From sequence record KT367887.1: 48,493 nucleotides of DNA. One strand, written 5' to 3'. The notes under the pieces were generated by a model. It was not told the DNA's origin and did not search any database. It was given only the letters and a program-made list of their open reading frames with translations. Position numbers and translations under genes: made by a program. Position 1 is the stretch's first letter, and each line of letters opens with the position of its first letter. This DNA is from Klebsiella phage vB_Kp3. This document shows, piece by piece, positions 23,685-32,800 of the stretch.

Positions 23685-26527
23685 GTGAAAACACAGAACG
23701 CTTGATCGTCGACGTCGACGCCAGCGGGGTCAACGCGGGGGCCAAATCCCTCGCAGACCTTGTTGACGCGGCGCAGGACGCAGGCAGGGCAGCGGACGGG
23801 CTGGGCGACAAGTTCGACCAGGTGAAGCCGTCAGCCGACTCAGCAGCCGCAGCGGTCGACAACTTCAACAACGAGGCGAAGCAGACGCAGGAGGCGGCCG
23901 GGGATGCTGCTGTGGGCCTGTACCGGCAGAATCAGGAGCTTCAAAACCTCCTCGACCGCATCCGACCAACGCGCGTTCAGCTTCGTGACCTGGCGCAGCA
24001 GCAGGAGGCACTGGCGAAGGCTCAGGCTAATGGCCTGCTGGGGGCGAAGGAGGCCGAGGAGTACAACGCTATCCTCGCCAACCGTGCCGGGATCATCGAC
24101 CGCAACGACGCTGCTATGCGCGGCCTGAATGTGACGTCTGAGAAGCAGAAGGCGCTACAGCAGGGATTAACCATCACTACCGGGCAATACCGCGCTGCTA
24201 TGGGTATGTTACCGGCGCAGATGACCGATATCGTCACCCAGCTGGCGGGTGGTCAGAATCCATTCCTGATCATGATCCAGCAGGGCGGGCAGATTAAAGA
24301 CTCGTTCGGCGGACTGGGCAACACCTTCCAGGCGCTTAAACAATTCATTTCCCCTTCCTTCCTCGGGCTGGCTGGCGCGACAGCAGCCATCGCTGCAATG
24401 GGTTATGCAGCCTACACCAGCGCAGACCAGGCCGATCGACTCGCGGCATCGGTGACGCTCATGGGTGGGGCAGGCTTTAAGTCAGCCGAAGAGCTGAACA
24501 GGGCCGCCGTCATGATCCAGAAGTCAACTGGCGACAGCATTAGCAGCATCACCGACCGGCTGATCGAGCTGAACAACAAGGGCACGATGACAGCCGACAT
24601 GATGGAGAAGGTGGCGATCTCAACGTCGAAGTTGTCAGATGCCGGGCTGGACGCTGGCGACGTCATGAAAGACTTCGATAACCTGGTGAAGAACCCGATC
24701 AAGTCTATCGCCGCGCTCAATGAGCAGTATGGTTTCATGACCGAAGCGCAGATGAAGCACCTAATCCAGACGCAGAAGGAGAAGGGTGAGCAGGCTGCTG
24801 CTGCCGAAGCGCTGGACATCTACACAACGGCCATGAATAAGCGGGCCGATGACGTGATCGAGAAGACTGATAACGTCGGTCAGGCATGGAAGACGCTGAA
24901 AACCGCCGCGTCGGATGTCTTTAACGATATGGGGATCGTGCTGCGCTCGTGGGGGAACCGCGCCGTCGATATTTTCAAGATGGTCAAGCTATCGATCGAC
25001 GACCTGCTGAACTATCTTGCGCAGATGGACAGCAAATTTACGCTGGGCGTTGCTGACCTGCTGGACAAGGTGCCGGGCGTTGATGGCCGTGGCGTTCTCC
25101 GGGCGATGGGGATCGACGTCGAAACCGTCGAGAAAAATGGCCGGGAGTCCATCGAGAAGGGCAAGCAGATCGCGAAGGAGTTCGCGGAGGTCAGCAAGCG
25201 GGCCTTTGAGAGTCAGGCAGACGCTGAGGCGCGGGCGCGCAACGCCAACGGTGCTACCGGCAGCGGTGCTACCGATGAGAAGAGCAGGGAAGCGGTCAGC
25301 AAGCTGGCGAATGAGTCAACGAAGCACAACAAGGAGAAGGCCGTCACCGTTGCGCAGGGTGATCGCATCCTTGAGCAGTATCAGGCGCAGGAGCTGGCAT
25401 TACGGGCGCAGATCAAGACGCTGAAAGACCGTAACGCCTTCGACGTCAACGCCTCCGAGCAGATGAAGAACTATCAGCTGTTGGTCGCGAAGATCTCCAT
25501 CCTTGAGGGCATCCGTGCTGACGCCAAAGGCCGGGCACTCACCAAGGACGAACAGTCACTTCTGGCGAGCAAAGAGGAGATTCTCGCGAAGGCCAAGACC
25601 GTCGGCCTGCTGGGCGATCAGGTCAAGCAGCTGGAGCGGCAGGCGCAGATCACCGATGAACTGACCCGCAGCGGCAATGACCTGTCTGTTCAGGTGGCGG
25701 CCATTAACGCCTCATGGGGTCTATCAGCCGATGAGGCTGCGCGGCTGCTGGAGAACATGCAGCGAGCGGCGGCCCTCCGGGACAAAGGCGCGACTCAGGA
25801 GCAAATCGACGAGGACGCACGCCAGCGTGAAGCGCTGCGGCAGGCTACCGACGCGAAAACGCAGGACTGGGCAGGCGGCGCACGCTCAGCGATCGAAGCG
25901 TGGGGTAAGGATGCCACCAACACCTCAGCCAACGTGCAGAAGGCCGTCACGGGCGCAATGGACGCCGGTCTGGACTCGATCAACTCCTTCGTGATGACCG
26001 GTAAGGCGTCGTTCGCCGACTTTACCAAGTCAATCCTTGGGATGATGGTTCAGATGATCAACAAATGGCTCATGTTCAAAGCCATCCAGGGGATCGGCGG
26101 CGCGATGGGCTTCGATATGTCCAGCATCGGATTCAATGCGAAGGGTGGCGTATACGACAGCCCGTCTCTGTCTGCGTACAGCAACCGCGTCTACACCACG
26201 CCGCAGCTGTTCACGTATGACAAGCCGAAGCCGTTTGCGAAGGGCGGGGTGTTCGCCGAAGCCGGGCCGGAAGCCATCATGCCACTGGCGAAGGATTCCA
26301 GCGGGCGTCTTGGTGTTCGTGCTCAGGGCGGCGCTGGTGGCGGCGTCTCCATCGGGTCGATGGAAGTGAATGTCGACCAGAACGGGCAGGCGACGGCCAA
26401 CGTGTCAGAGTCTGGCAAGCTGGGCCGAGCCTACGGTGATGCAATGGCCGCAGCCATTCAGGACGGCATCGCCCGGGCAAGCTCCCCGGGTGGACAGATC
26501 TGGATGCTTATTAACGGTCACGCGTGA
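23681..26527 (+). CDS. Tail tape measure protein (948 aa)
   Basis: Long helical Ala/Gln-rich protein in canonical position. Confidence 0.85.
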   Translation: MSENTERLIVDVDASGVNAGAKSLADLVDAAQDAGRAADGLGDKFDQVKPSADSAAAAVDNFNNEAKQTQEAAGDAAVGLYRQNQELQNLLDRIRPTRVQLRDLAQQQEALAKAQANGLLGAKEAEEYNAILANRAGIIDRNDAAMRGLNVTSEKQKALQQGLTITTGQYRAAMGMLPAQMTDIVTQLAGGQNPFLIMIQQGGQIKDSFGGLGNTFQALKQFISPSFLGLAGATAAIAAMGYAAYTSADQADRLAASVTLMGGAGFKSAEELNRAAVMIQKSTGDSISSITDRLIELNNKGTMTADMMEKVAISTSKLSDAGLDAGDVMKDFDNLVKNPIKSIAALNEQYGFMTEAQMKHLIQTQKEKGEQAAAAEALDIYTTAMNKRADDVIEKTDNVGQAWKTLKTAASDVFNDMGIVLRSWGNRAVDIFKMVKLSIDDLLNYLAQMDSKFTLGVADLLDKVPGVDGRGVLRAMGIDVETVEKNGRESIEKGKQIAKEFAEVSKRAFESQADAEARARNANGATGSGATDEKSREAVSKLANESTKHNKEKAVTVAQGDRILEQYQAQELALRAQIKTLKDRNAFDVNASEQMKNYQLLVAKISILEGIRADAKGRALTKDEQSLLASKEEILAKAKTVGLLGDQVKQLERQAQITDELTRSGNDLSVQVAAINASWGLSADEAARLLENMQRAAALRDKGATQEQIDEDARQREALRQATDAKTQDWAGGARSAIEAWGKDATNTSANVQKAVTGAMDAGLDSINSFVMTGKASFADFTKSILGMMVQMINKWLMFKAIQGIGGAMGFDMSSIGFNAKGGVYDSPSLSAYSNRVYTTPQLFTYDKPKPFAKGGVFAEAGPEAIMPLAKDSSGRLGVRAQGGAGGGVSIGSMEVNVDQNGQATANVSESGKLGRAYGDAMAAAIQDGIARASSPGGQIWMLINGHA

Positions 26528-26535
26528 TAACCTAC

Positions 26536-26561
26536 AGCCTCCCACACAGGAGGCTTTTTTT
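26536..26561 (+). terminator. Terminator-like hairpin AGCCTCC-CACACA-GGAGGCT + 7 Ts; descending stem contains the SD (GGAGG) of the next gene whose ATG follows the U-tract
   Basis: Seen directly in sequence. Confidence 0.5.
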
Positions 26562-26924
26562 ATGGCTACATTAGACGCGTGGATCTGGCCGCTGGCGGCA
26601 GGTCAACAGGTATCAGTGAAAGACCGCAGCCGGTCGAACAGCTTCGGCGACGGCTCGCAGCAAAGCGTTTTGGAAGGCATCAACCCGTTCATTATGGAGG
26701 TGCCCTGCTCGTGGACTGGCAACGCTAAGACCGGCAACCAGATCCTATCCTTCCTGAAAGCGCACATCACCAACCCGTTCCAGATGGTTCCGCCGCATGG
26801 CGAACTGGGCCTTTACACCGTGAAATCAGGCACGATCAAATATGTCGCGCTGGGACGTGCAACCATGAACATTACCTTCACAGCCGAGCAGGCCGTGGGC
26901 ATCTACACAGGGGTGAAAGGATGA
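26562..26924 (+). CDS. Minor tail protein M (lambda gpM-like)
   Basis: FGDGSQQS... resembles lambda M (FGDGYSQR); 120 aa; position. Confidence 0.7.
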   Translation: MATLDAWIWPLAAGQQVSVKDRSRSNSFGDGSQQSVLEGINPFIMEVPCSWTGNAKTGNQILSFLKAHITNPFQMVPPHGELGLYTVKSGTIKYVALGRATMNITFTAEQAVGIYTGVKG

Positions 26925-28186
26925 GCAACACCATTTTCGACGAAGCCACAAAGCTCGACCCGTCTGGCAAGATCATCCTCATGGAGATCGACGGAACCGA
27001 GTTCGGCGCGGGGATCATCCGGGGCCACTATTGCCAGCTCCCGCACACGAGCAAGGAGATCCTCGACAGTGCGAACAGCACGTTAACCCGCGATCAGCTG
27101 TTCAAGTGCTATGGCGGACGCGGGACGGTGACGAAGAACGAAGACCGGAACACAATCAACTTCAAATCGTCAGCAGCTGACGCGAACCTGCTGCTGCCTT
27201 CGTTCACCGGCGGCCTGACTGGTAGCAAATATCAGGTGATCGAGGTGGTGGGTCGCTGGATCACTCCTCCTTCCGGGTCGGATAACCTGTATACGATCTA
27301 TTACAAGACCGCAGCGCATGATTTTTCCCCCAGCTACAACAAGGGCGGGTCGTTGGCGAGCGTAACCGAAGATCTTGGTGATGGCTGGCTGAAATTCTCG
27401 TTCGACATGTCGAAGCTGAGCGCTGGCGGTTCAGACTGGGTAAACAGCCAGATTATCGGCATCCGCATTGACCTGTGGCAGCAGGCGGTCGGCGAGATCG
27501 AGATCAAGCGAATCAGCATCCTGAACAAGAACCCGCACGAGGTTGACGCGTCCAAGCTGGCACCGAAGTCAATCTGGTTCGACAACGTCGAATATGGCTA
27601 TTGGCCGTTTATGGCTGAGGGGATCGAGTTCAGCAGCGAGCAGCAGGGGACGCCTACCCTGTCCATTGGCAACCAGTCGGGGGTCGTCAGCGCCTACCTG
27701 CGCGCCTATCAGCAGATGGTAGGGGCAAAGGTCAAGATCATCCAGACCTACGCGAAGTTTCTCGATCCGCGCAACTTCACCGATGGAAACGAGTTCGCCG
27801 ACTCAATGCAGCAGTGGACGCAGCTTTACTACATCGATCGGCCAGACTATGAGAGTGAAGAGTATGTGCGGTTCGCGCTGTCGTCTCCGCTCGACTTACA
27901 GAACTTTCAGGTGCCAACGCGGCAGATCACGACGTTCTGTCAGTGGCAGGCCCGCGGGCTTTACGGAAAAGGCCTGGACGCCGGGGAAGAAAACGGGTGC
28001 AGCTGGAACCGCGGCACGGCCTCGAAGTGGTACGACAAGCACGGGAACCAGGTGGACGACATCACGAAGGATGAGTGCGGTGGGTGCATTCAGGATTGCC
28101 GCCTACGCTTTGGCCAGCTGGTGAGTGACCCAAAAGCGGCCGTTCTGGACTACGGCGGTTTTATCTCTGTGCGCCTGATTGATTAA
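26921..28186 (+). CDS. Minor tail protein L (lambda gpL-like) with roughly 190-aa internal insertion
   Basis: C-terminus DITKDECGGCIQDCRLRFGQ matches lambda L DITKDKCSKCLSGCKFRN (Fe-S cysteine cluster); 421 vs 232 aa. Confidence 0.75.
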   Translation: MSNTIFDEATKLDPSGKIILMEIDGTEFGAGIIRGHYCQLPHTSKEILDSANSTLTRDQLFKCYGGRGTVTKNEDRNTINFKSSAADANLLLPSFTGGLTGSKYQVIEVVGRWITPPSGSDNLYTIYYKTAAHDFSPSYNKGGSLASVTEDLGDGWLKFSFDMSKLSAGGSDWVNSQIIGIRIDLWQQAVGEIEIKRISILNKNPHEVDASKLAPKSIWFDNVEYGYWPFMAEGIEFSSEQQGTPTLSIGNQSGVVSAYLRAYQQMVGAKVKIIQTYAKFLDPRNFTDGNEFADSMQQWTQLYYIDRPDYESEEYVRFALSSPLDLQNFQVPTRQITTFCQWQARGLYGKGLDAGEENGCSWNRGTASKWYDKHGNQVDDITKDECGGCIQDCRLRFGQLVSDPKAAVLDYGGFISVRLID

Positions 28187-28330
28187 ACGCGCTGTATCGC
28201 GTTCTGCGGCGTTTTCTTGCGTAAGACGTCCGAACGTATGGCCTGACGGCGTTAAACGCGACAGCGTGCCGTTCAGGCCCGTAGTTTTCGATTCACGAAG
28301 ATAAGAATACATCCCATAGCCATATATAAT

Positions 28331-28360
28331 AAAAACCCTCCCAAGGGAGTTTTATTTATA
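28331..28360. terminator. Bidirectional terminator (A-run, CTCCC-AA-GGGAG, T-run) inside L-K intergenic region
   Basis: Seen in sequence. Confidence 0.55.
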
Positions 28361-28410
28361 TGGTCTTGGGTATGTCTTATATGTATTTATGGTAATAAAT
28401 ATATATACCC

Positions 28411-28432
28411 ATACCACCTAACACCTGAAATT
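28411..28432 (-). promoter_or_regulatory. 22-bp element copy B (reverse complement of 11291-11312), flanked by AT-rich TATATATA on its minus-strand downstream side
   Basis: 22/22 identity with copy A. Confidence 0.55.
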
Positions 28433-28486
28433 CAGCATTGTAAATCAATGGTTTAAAATTTCAGGTGGTGCCAAGTGGAGGCAAAA

Positions 28487-29236
28487 ATGATTGACGTAAA
28501 TGACATCCCGGAACAGCAATTAACCTATATTAAACAACACCTTACAGAGTGTTCGCCGCAAGAGGGCTGCGGGCTGCTGGTGAATTCAGGCGGAGGCCTC
28601 GAATACTGGCCTGTCATCAACTCAGCAGCCGACAAAATGAACAGTTTTCGCATTGCACCGCAGGACTTCGCTGAGGCTGAGGACGCAGGCAATATCGTTG
28701 CCGTCATCCATTCACACCCTGGCGCTGACGGTCTGGCTTATCCGTCCATCCTCGATCGCCAGCTCATGCAGGAAACTTGCTTACCGTGGTTCATCTACGC
28801 CCCGGACAAGGATGAGCTGGCCGTGTTCTTTGAGGAGCCGAAGGGGCTGCTGGGTCGTGACTTTGTGCTGGGCGCTACCGACTGCTATGGCCTGGTGATG
28901 GCGTGGCACCGTTCGCGAGGCATTCAGCTCCCTGACTTCCGCAAGCCGTACCCGTGGTGGGAGAAGGGTGAGGAGCTTTTCACGGATGAGAATTTTTCAG
29001 CAGCGGGATTTATCAAGAAGGCCGAGGCAGAGCCGGGCGACATGGTGGTGTTCCGTATCGCGTCCAGCGTAAGCAATCACTGCGGGATCTACACCGGCGA
29101 CGGGATGATTATGCACCACCTCATGAACCGCAAATCGACCATTGATAGGATGTATGGCACCTACCTTGAGCCGCGCATTACTGGTATTCTCCGACATGAG
29201 TTACTACCGGAGATCACACCATGGGAAACCAGCTAA
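28487..29236 (+). CDS. Tail tip assembly protein K (JAMM/MPN + NlpC/P60)
   Basis: HSHPGADGLAYPSILD JAMM-like motif and TDCYGLV NlpC/P60 Cys motif; SD GGAGG. Confidence 0.8.
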   Translation: MIDVNDIPEQQLTYIKQHLTECSPQEGCGLLVNSGGGLEYWPVINSAADKMNSFRIAPQDFAEAEDAGNIVAVIHSHPGADGLAYPSILDRQLMQETCLPWFIYAPDKDELAVFFEEPKGLLGRDFVLGATDCYGLVMAWHRSRGIQLPDFRKPYPWWEKGEELFTDENFSAAGFIKKAEAEPGDMVVFRIASSVSNHCGIYTGDGMIMHHLMNRKSTIDRMYGTYLEPRITGILRHELLPEITPWETS

Positions 29237-29820
29237 GCACCATCCGACTGTACGGCGAAATGGGGGCGCGCTTCGGGCGCGTCCATCACCTCGCGGTCGA
29301 CTCCTGCGCCGAAGCAATCAGCGCCCTTTCCGCCATCATCCCCGGATTCGATCAATACATGCGAGACAGCCAGTCTCGCGGCCTGACCTTCGCCCCTTTC
29401 ATCGGAAAGCGGAACATCGGCTTCAATGAGATGTCGCAGCCAATCCCTGACGGCGAAGAATTCCGCATTGCCCCGATCATCATCGGCAACAAGAAGGGCG
29501 GCCTGTTCCAGACCATCCTGGGCGCTGCGATGATTGTCGCGGGCGTCGTGGCGTCGTTCATCCCCGGCGGGCAGGCTGTCTCCCCTTACCTCGTTGCTGC
29601 TGGTATCTCCACGGCTGCTGGCGGGGTTATGCAGATGCTTTCCCCGCAGGCGACAGGCATGAAGATCCGGGAGAATGACGCCAACGCGCCGTCATACGCC
29701 TTCGGCCAGCCGGTTAACACGACAGCACAAGGTAACATCGTTGGCGTTTTGTATGGCGAGCGTGAGATCGGGGGTGCTATCATCAGCGCCGGAATTATCG
29801 CTAACGAGGTACGTTCTTAA
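29221..29820 (+). CDS. Tail tip assembly protein I
   Basis: N-terminus resembles lambda gpI (LYGEMGARFGRVHHLAVDSCAEAISALSAIIPGF). Confidence 0.7.
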   Translation: MGNQLSTIRLYGEMGARFGRVHHLAVDSCAEAISALSAIIPGFDQYMRDSQSRGLTFAPFIGKRNIGFNEMSQPIPDGEEFRIAPIIIGNKKGGLFQTILGAAMIVAGVVASFIPGGQAVSPYLVAAGISTAAGGVMQMLSPQATGMKIRENDANAPSYAFGQPVNTTAQGNIVGVLYGEREIGGAIISAGIIANEVRS

Positions 29821-32800
29821 TGGAAATCAAAGGATACAAGGGCGGGAGTAGCAACGTGCATACCCCCGTTGAAGATCCAGACTCCCTGATCAGCAACGCA
29901 ACGGTAAGGATGCTCCTGGCGTTGTCAGAGGGTGAAACCGTGCCGATTAGCGCGGAAGACCTGCCCAAGCGCGTTTACATGGACGGGACGCCCGTTCAGA
30001 ACGATGATGGGTCGGTAAACATTCCGGGCGTAACACTGGAATATCGCAACGGCACCCCGCAGCAGGAGCCGATCAACGGCTTCCCGGCGGTGGAAAGTGA
30101 AACACGAATCAATGTGGAGCTGAAAAAGTCTTCTGCATGGGTGCGTAACATCACCAACACCGAGATCGACGCCGTCCGCATCCGAATGAATTTCCGGCTG
30201 GTCATCCAGCAGAAGGACGGGGATCGCGTAGGCGGACGCATTGAGTACCGGATTGAATACCGCAAAGTCGGCGACAGCACCTACACCGTGGCCTTCAATG
30301 GTGCTGTCGACGGCAAGCAGAAAGACAACTATGAACGCGATCACCGCATCGACCTGCCGAAGAGCAGCACTGGCTGGCAAATCCGCGTGACCCGCCTAAC
30401 TGACGACAGCACGTCTGATACCACCGTGCTCAACTCCGGGATCGTGGCTGTCACCGAGATCGTCGACGCCCGCGTTCGTTACCCGTGGACGTCCCTTCTG
30501 TTCGTCAGCTTCGACGCCAAATCGTTCCAGAACATCCCGAAAATCAGCATCAAGATGGGCGGCCGTCTGGTACTGGTTCCGTCCAACTATGACCCTGTTA
30601 ACCACACCTACAGCGGGTCGTGGAACGGGACATTTAAACAGGCGTGGACGGATAACCCGGCGTGGATCGTCTACGACATCATTCTGCACAAGCGCTTCGG
30701 TATTGGCCGCCGTATCCCGTCCTCATTCCTGAACAAATGGACGATGTACAGCATCGCACAGCGCTGCGATGAGCTGGTGACGAACGCCGACGGCACGCAG
30801 AATCGCCGTTACACCTGTAACGTGTATATCCAGAAACGCGCGCATGCGTGGAGCGTCATTCGTGACCTGGCGTCGATCTTTAACGGAATGGTCAGCTACA
30901 GCAACATGCAGCTTCAATTTGCGCAGGATGCACCGGCAGAAGTCCGCCATGTTGTGACAAACGACGACGTCGTGAACGGAACGTTCGAGTATTCCTACGG
31001 CAGCATGGCTAACCGCCGCGGGATCGCGATGGTCACTTTTGACGACCCGAAGGCGCACTATAAGACGCAGACCACTGTGGCGCAGATCAAAGACCTCGTG
31101 GAGCGTTATGGCGTTGAGCCGCTGGAAGTGTCCGGCATCGGCTGCACGGACGAATACGAAGCGCAACGTCGTGGCCTGTGGGCGCTGCTGTCGAACACCA
31201 ACGACATGCAGATCAGCTACCGCGTCGGCCTGAACGGCATCAAGTACCTGATCGGCGACGTCGTCGGCATCGCTAACCGCTACGTGCAGGGCGGTCAGTT
31301 CGGCGGGCGTGTTGCTGGCGTATCCGGCACCACCATCACCACCGACCGCATGATCTCCGACCACGTGGCAATCGGCGACAGAGTGATCGTTCGTCAAGCT
31401 GGATCGGATGGAACCTACAACCGCGTGATCAATGCAATCGCGGCTGACCGGATGTCCTTCACCGTCGACGGCACTAACCTTGATATTCAGAGCGGTGAAG
31501 TGTTCCTGCTGGATACTAAGGTGCTGGCACCTGAACTAATCCGCATCACCAAGATCACCTACAACGAGCAGGACAATAATTTCACCGTTACCGGTCTGCA
31601 ATACAGCCACTCGAAGTATTTGCAGGTTGACACCGGCGCGCGAATTGAAGACCGCCCGACATCGCTGATCCCGACCGGGCAGGTACAGGCACCCGCTAAC
31701 GTGGTGGCCGAAGGCTACAGTATCGTTAACCAGGGGATTCGCTCAGCTAACGTAAACTGTTCATGGTTCACCGTAGATCAGGCCGTCAGCTACGACATTC
31801 AGGTGCGCCGAACCTCTCAGTCAAACGGCCAGTGGTCACAGGGGTGGACTAACCTTGCCAGCCAGTCAAGCACGTCCGTTGACCTGACAAACGTTCTGAC
31901 CGGCACCTATCAGTTCCGCGTTCGTTCCGTATCCCGTGACGGCGGTTCGTCTCAGTGGGTCGAGTCGAATCAGGTGTTCGTTGACGGCAAGCGTGGCAGC
32001 ATCCCGGCAGTAGCTGGCCTGAACGGCGTAGGCATCGTTAACGGCATTACCTGGCGTTGGGTGACTGGCACGGATGATCTGATCGATATGAAGTCGACAG
32101 AGCTACAGTTCCAGCGCATTGACGGCAATGGTGCTCCGGTTGGTGATTGGATCGATCTCAGCGTCGTGACCTACCCTACCGGGACGTTCACACAGTCCGG
32201 CCTGAAATTTGCCGAACGCGTGCAGGTGCGCGCCCGCTTTGTGTCGTCATATAGCGATGCTGGCGAGTGGAGCGCCCCGGTCATGGCGATGACGTCCGAC
32301 AACATGGACGACTATTACCAGAACATCGACGACGCGATCAAAGGCTCCGACACCTACGGCGAACTTACCAGCGGCATCAAAGACGTAAGCGACAGCGCAC
32401 AGGCAGCGAAAGACGCCGCGCAGGCCGCGCAGGTTACTGCTGACGGAGCAGTGACAACCAACCAGCAGCAGCAGCAGCAGCTGAACAACCAGCTGGCCGA
32501 GATCCAGAAGAACGCGCAGGACATCACCAACACCGCTAACGCGGGGGCGGCAAACGCCAGTGCAATCGCTCAGGAGATCCTTGATCGCAAGGCTGGCGAC
32601 ATCGCGAACGCCAACAAGGCAGCTCAGGACGTGGCCGACGCTATCGCGAAGGCTGAGACGGATGACGCACAGGTGGCAGCTGACGCAGCGGCCAACCTGC
32701 TGACAGCGAAGAACGAAGTAGAAGCGCAGATCAGCACCACCAATACCACAATGCAGGACGGCTTCGACAGCCTGGCGCAGCAGATGGCATCCATTTCCGC

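Noticed and set aside
28103-28312. 69-aa minus-strand ORF overlapping the 3' end of L
   Set aside because: No SD, overlaps a well-supported gene on the other strand and lies beyond a terminator relative to the putative leftward start; more likely non-coding.
11291-28432. Perfect 22-bp inverted repeats 17 kb apart as transposon terminal inverted repeats or an invertible (Gin/Hin-type) segment
   Set aside because: The enclosed DNA is the essential terminase-head-tail block; no transposase or serine invertase gene in the window; both copies sit in promoter-like contexts, so a regulatory role is more plausible.
32462-32479. (CAG)6 microsatellite
   Set aside because: In-frame poly-Gln inside J (TNQQQQQQLN); triplet slippage would not cause phase variation.
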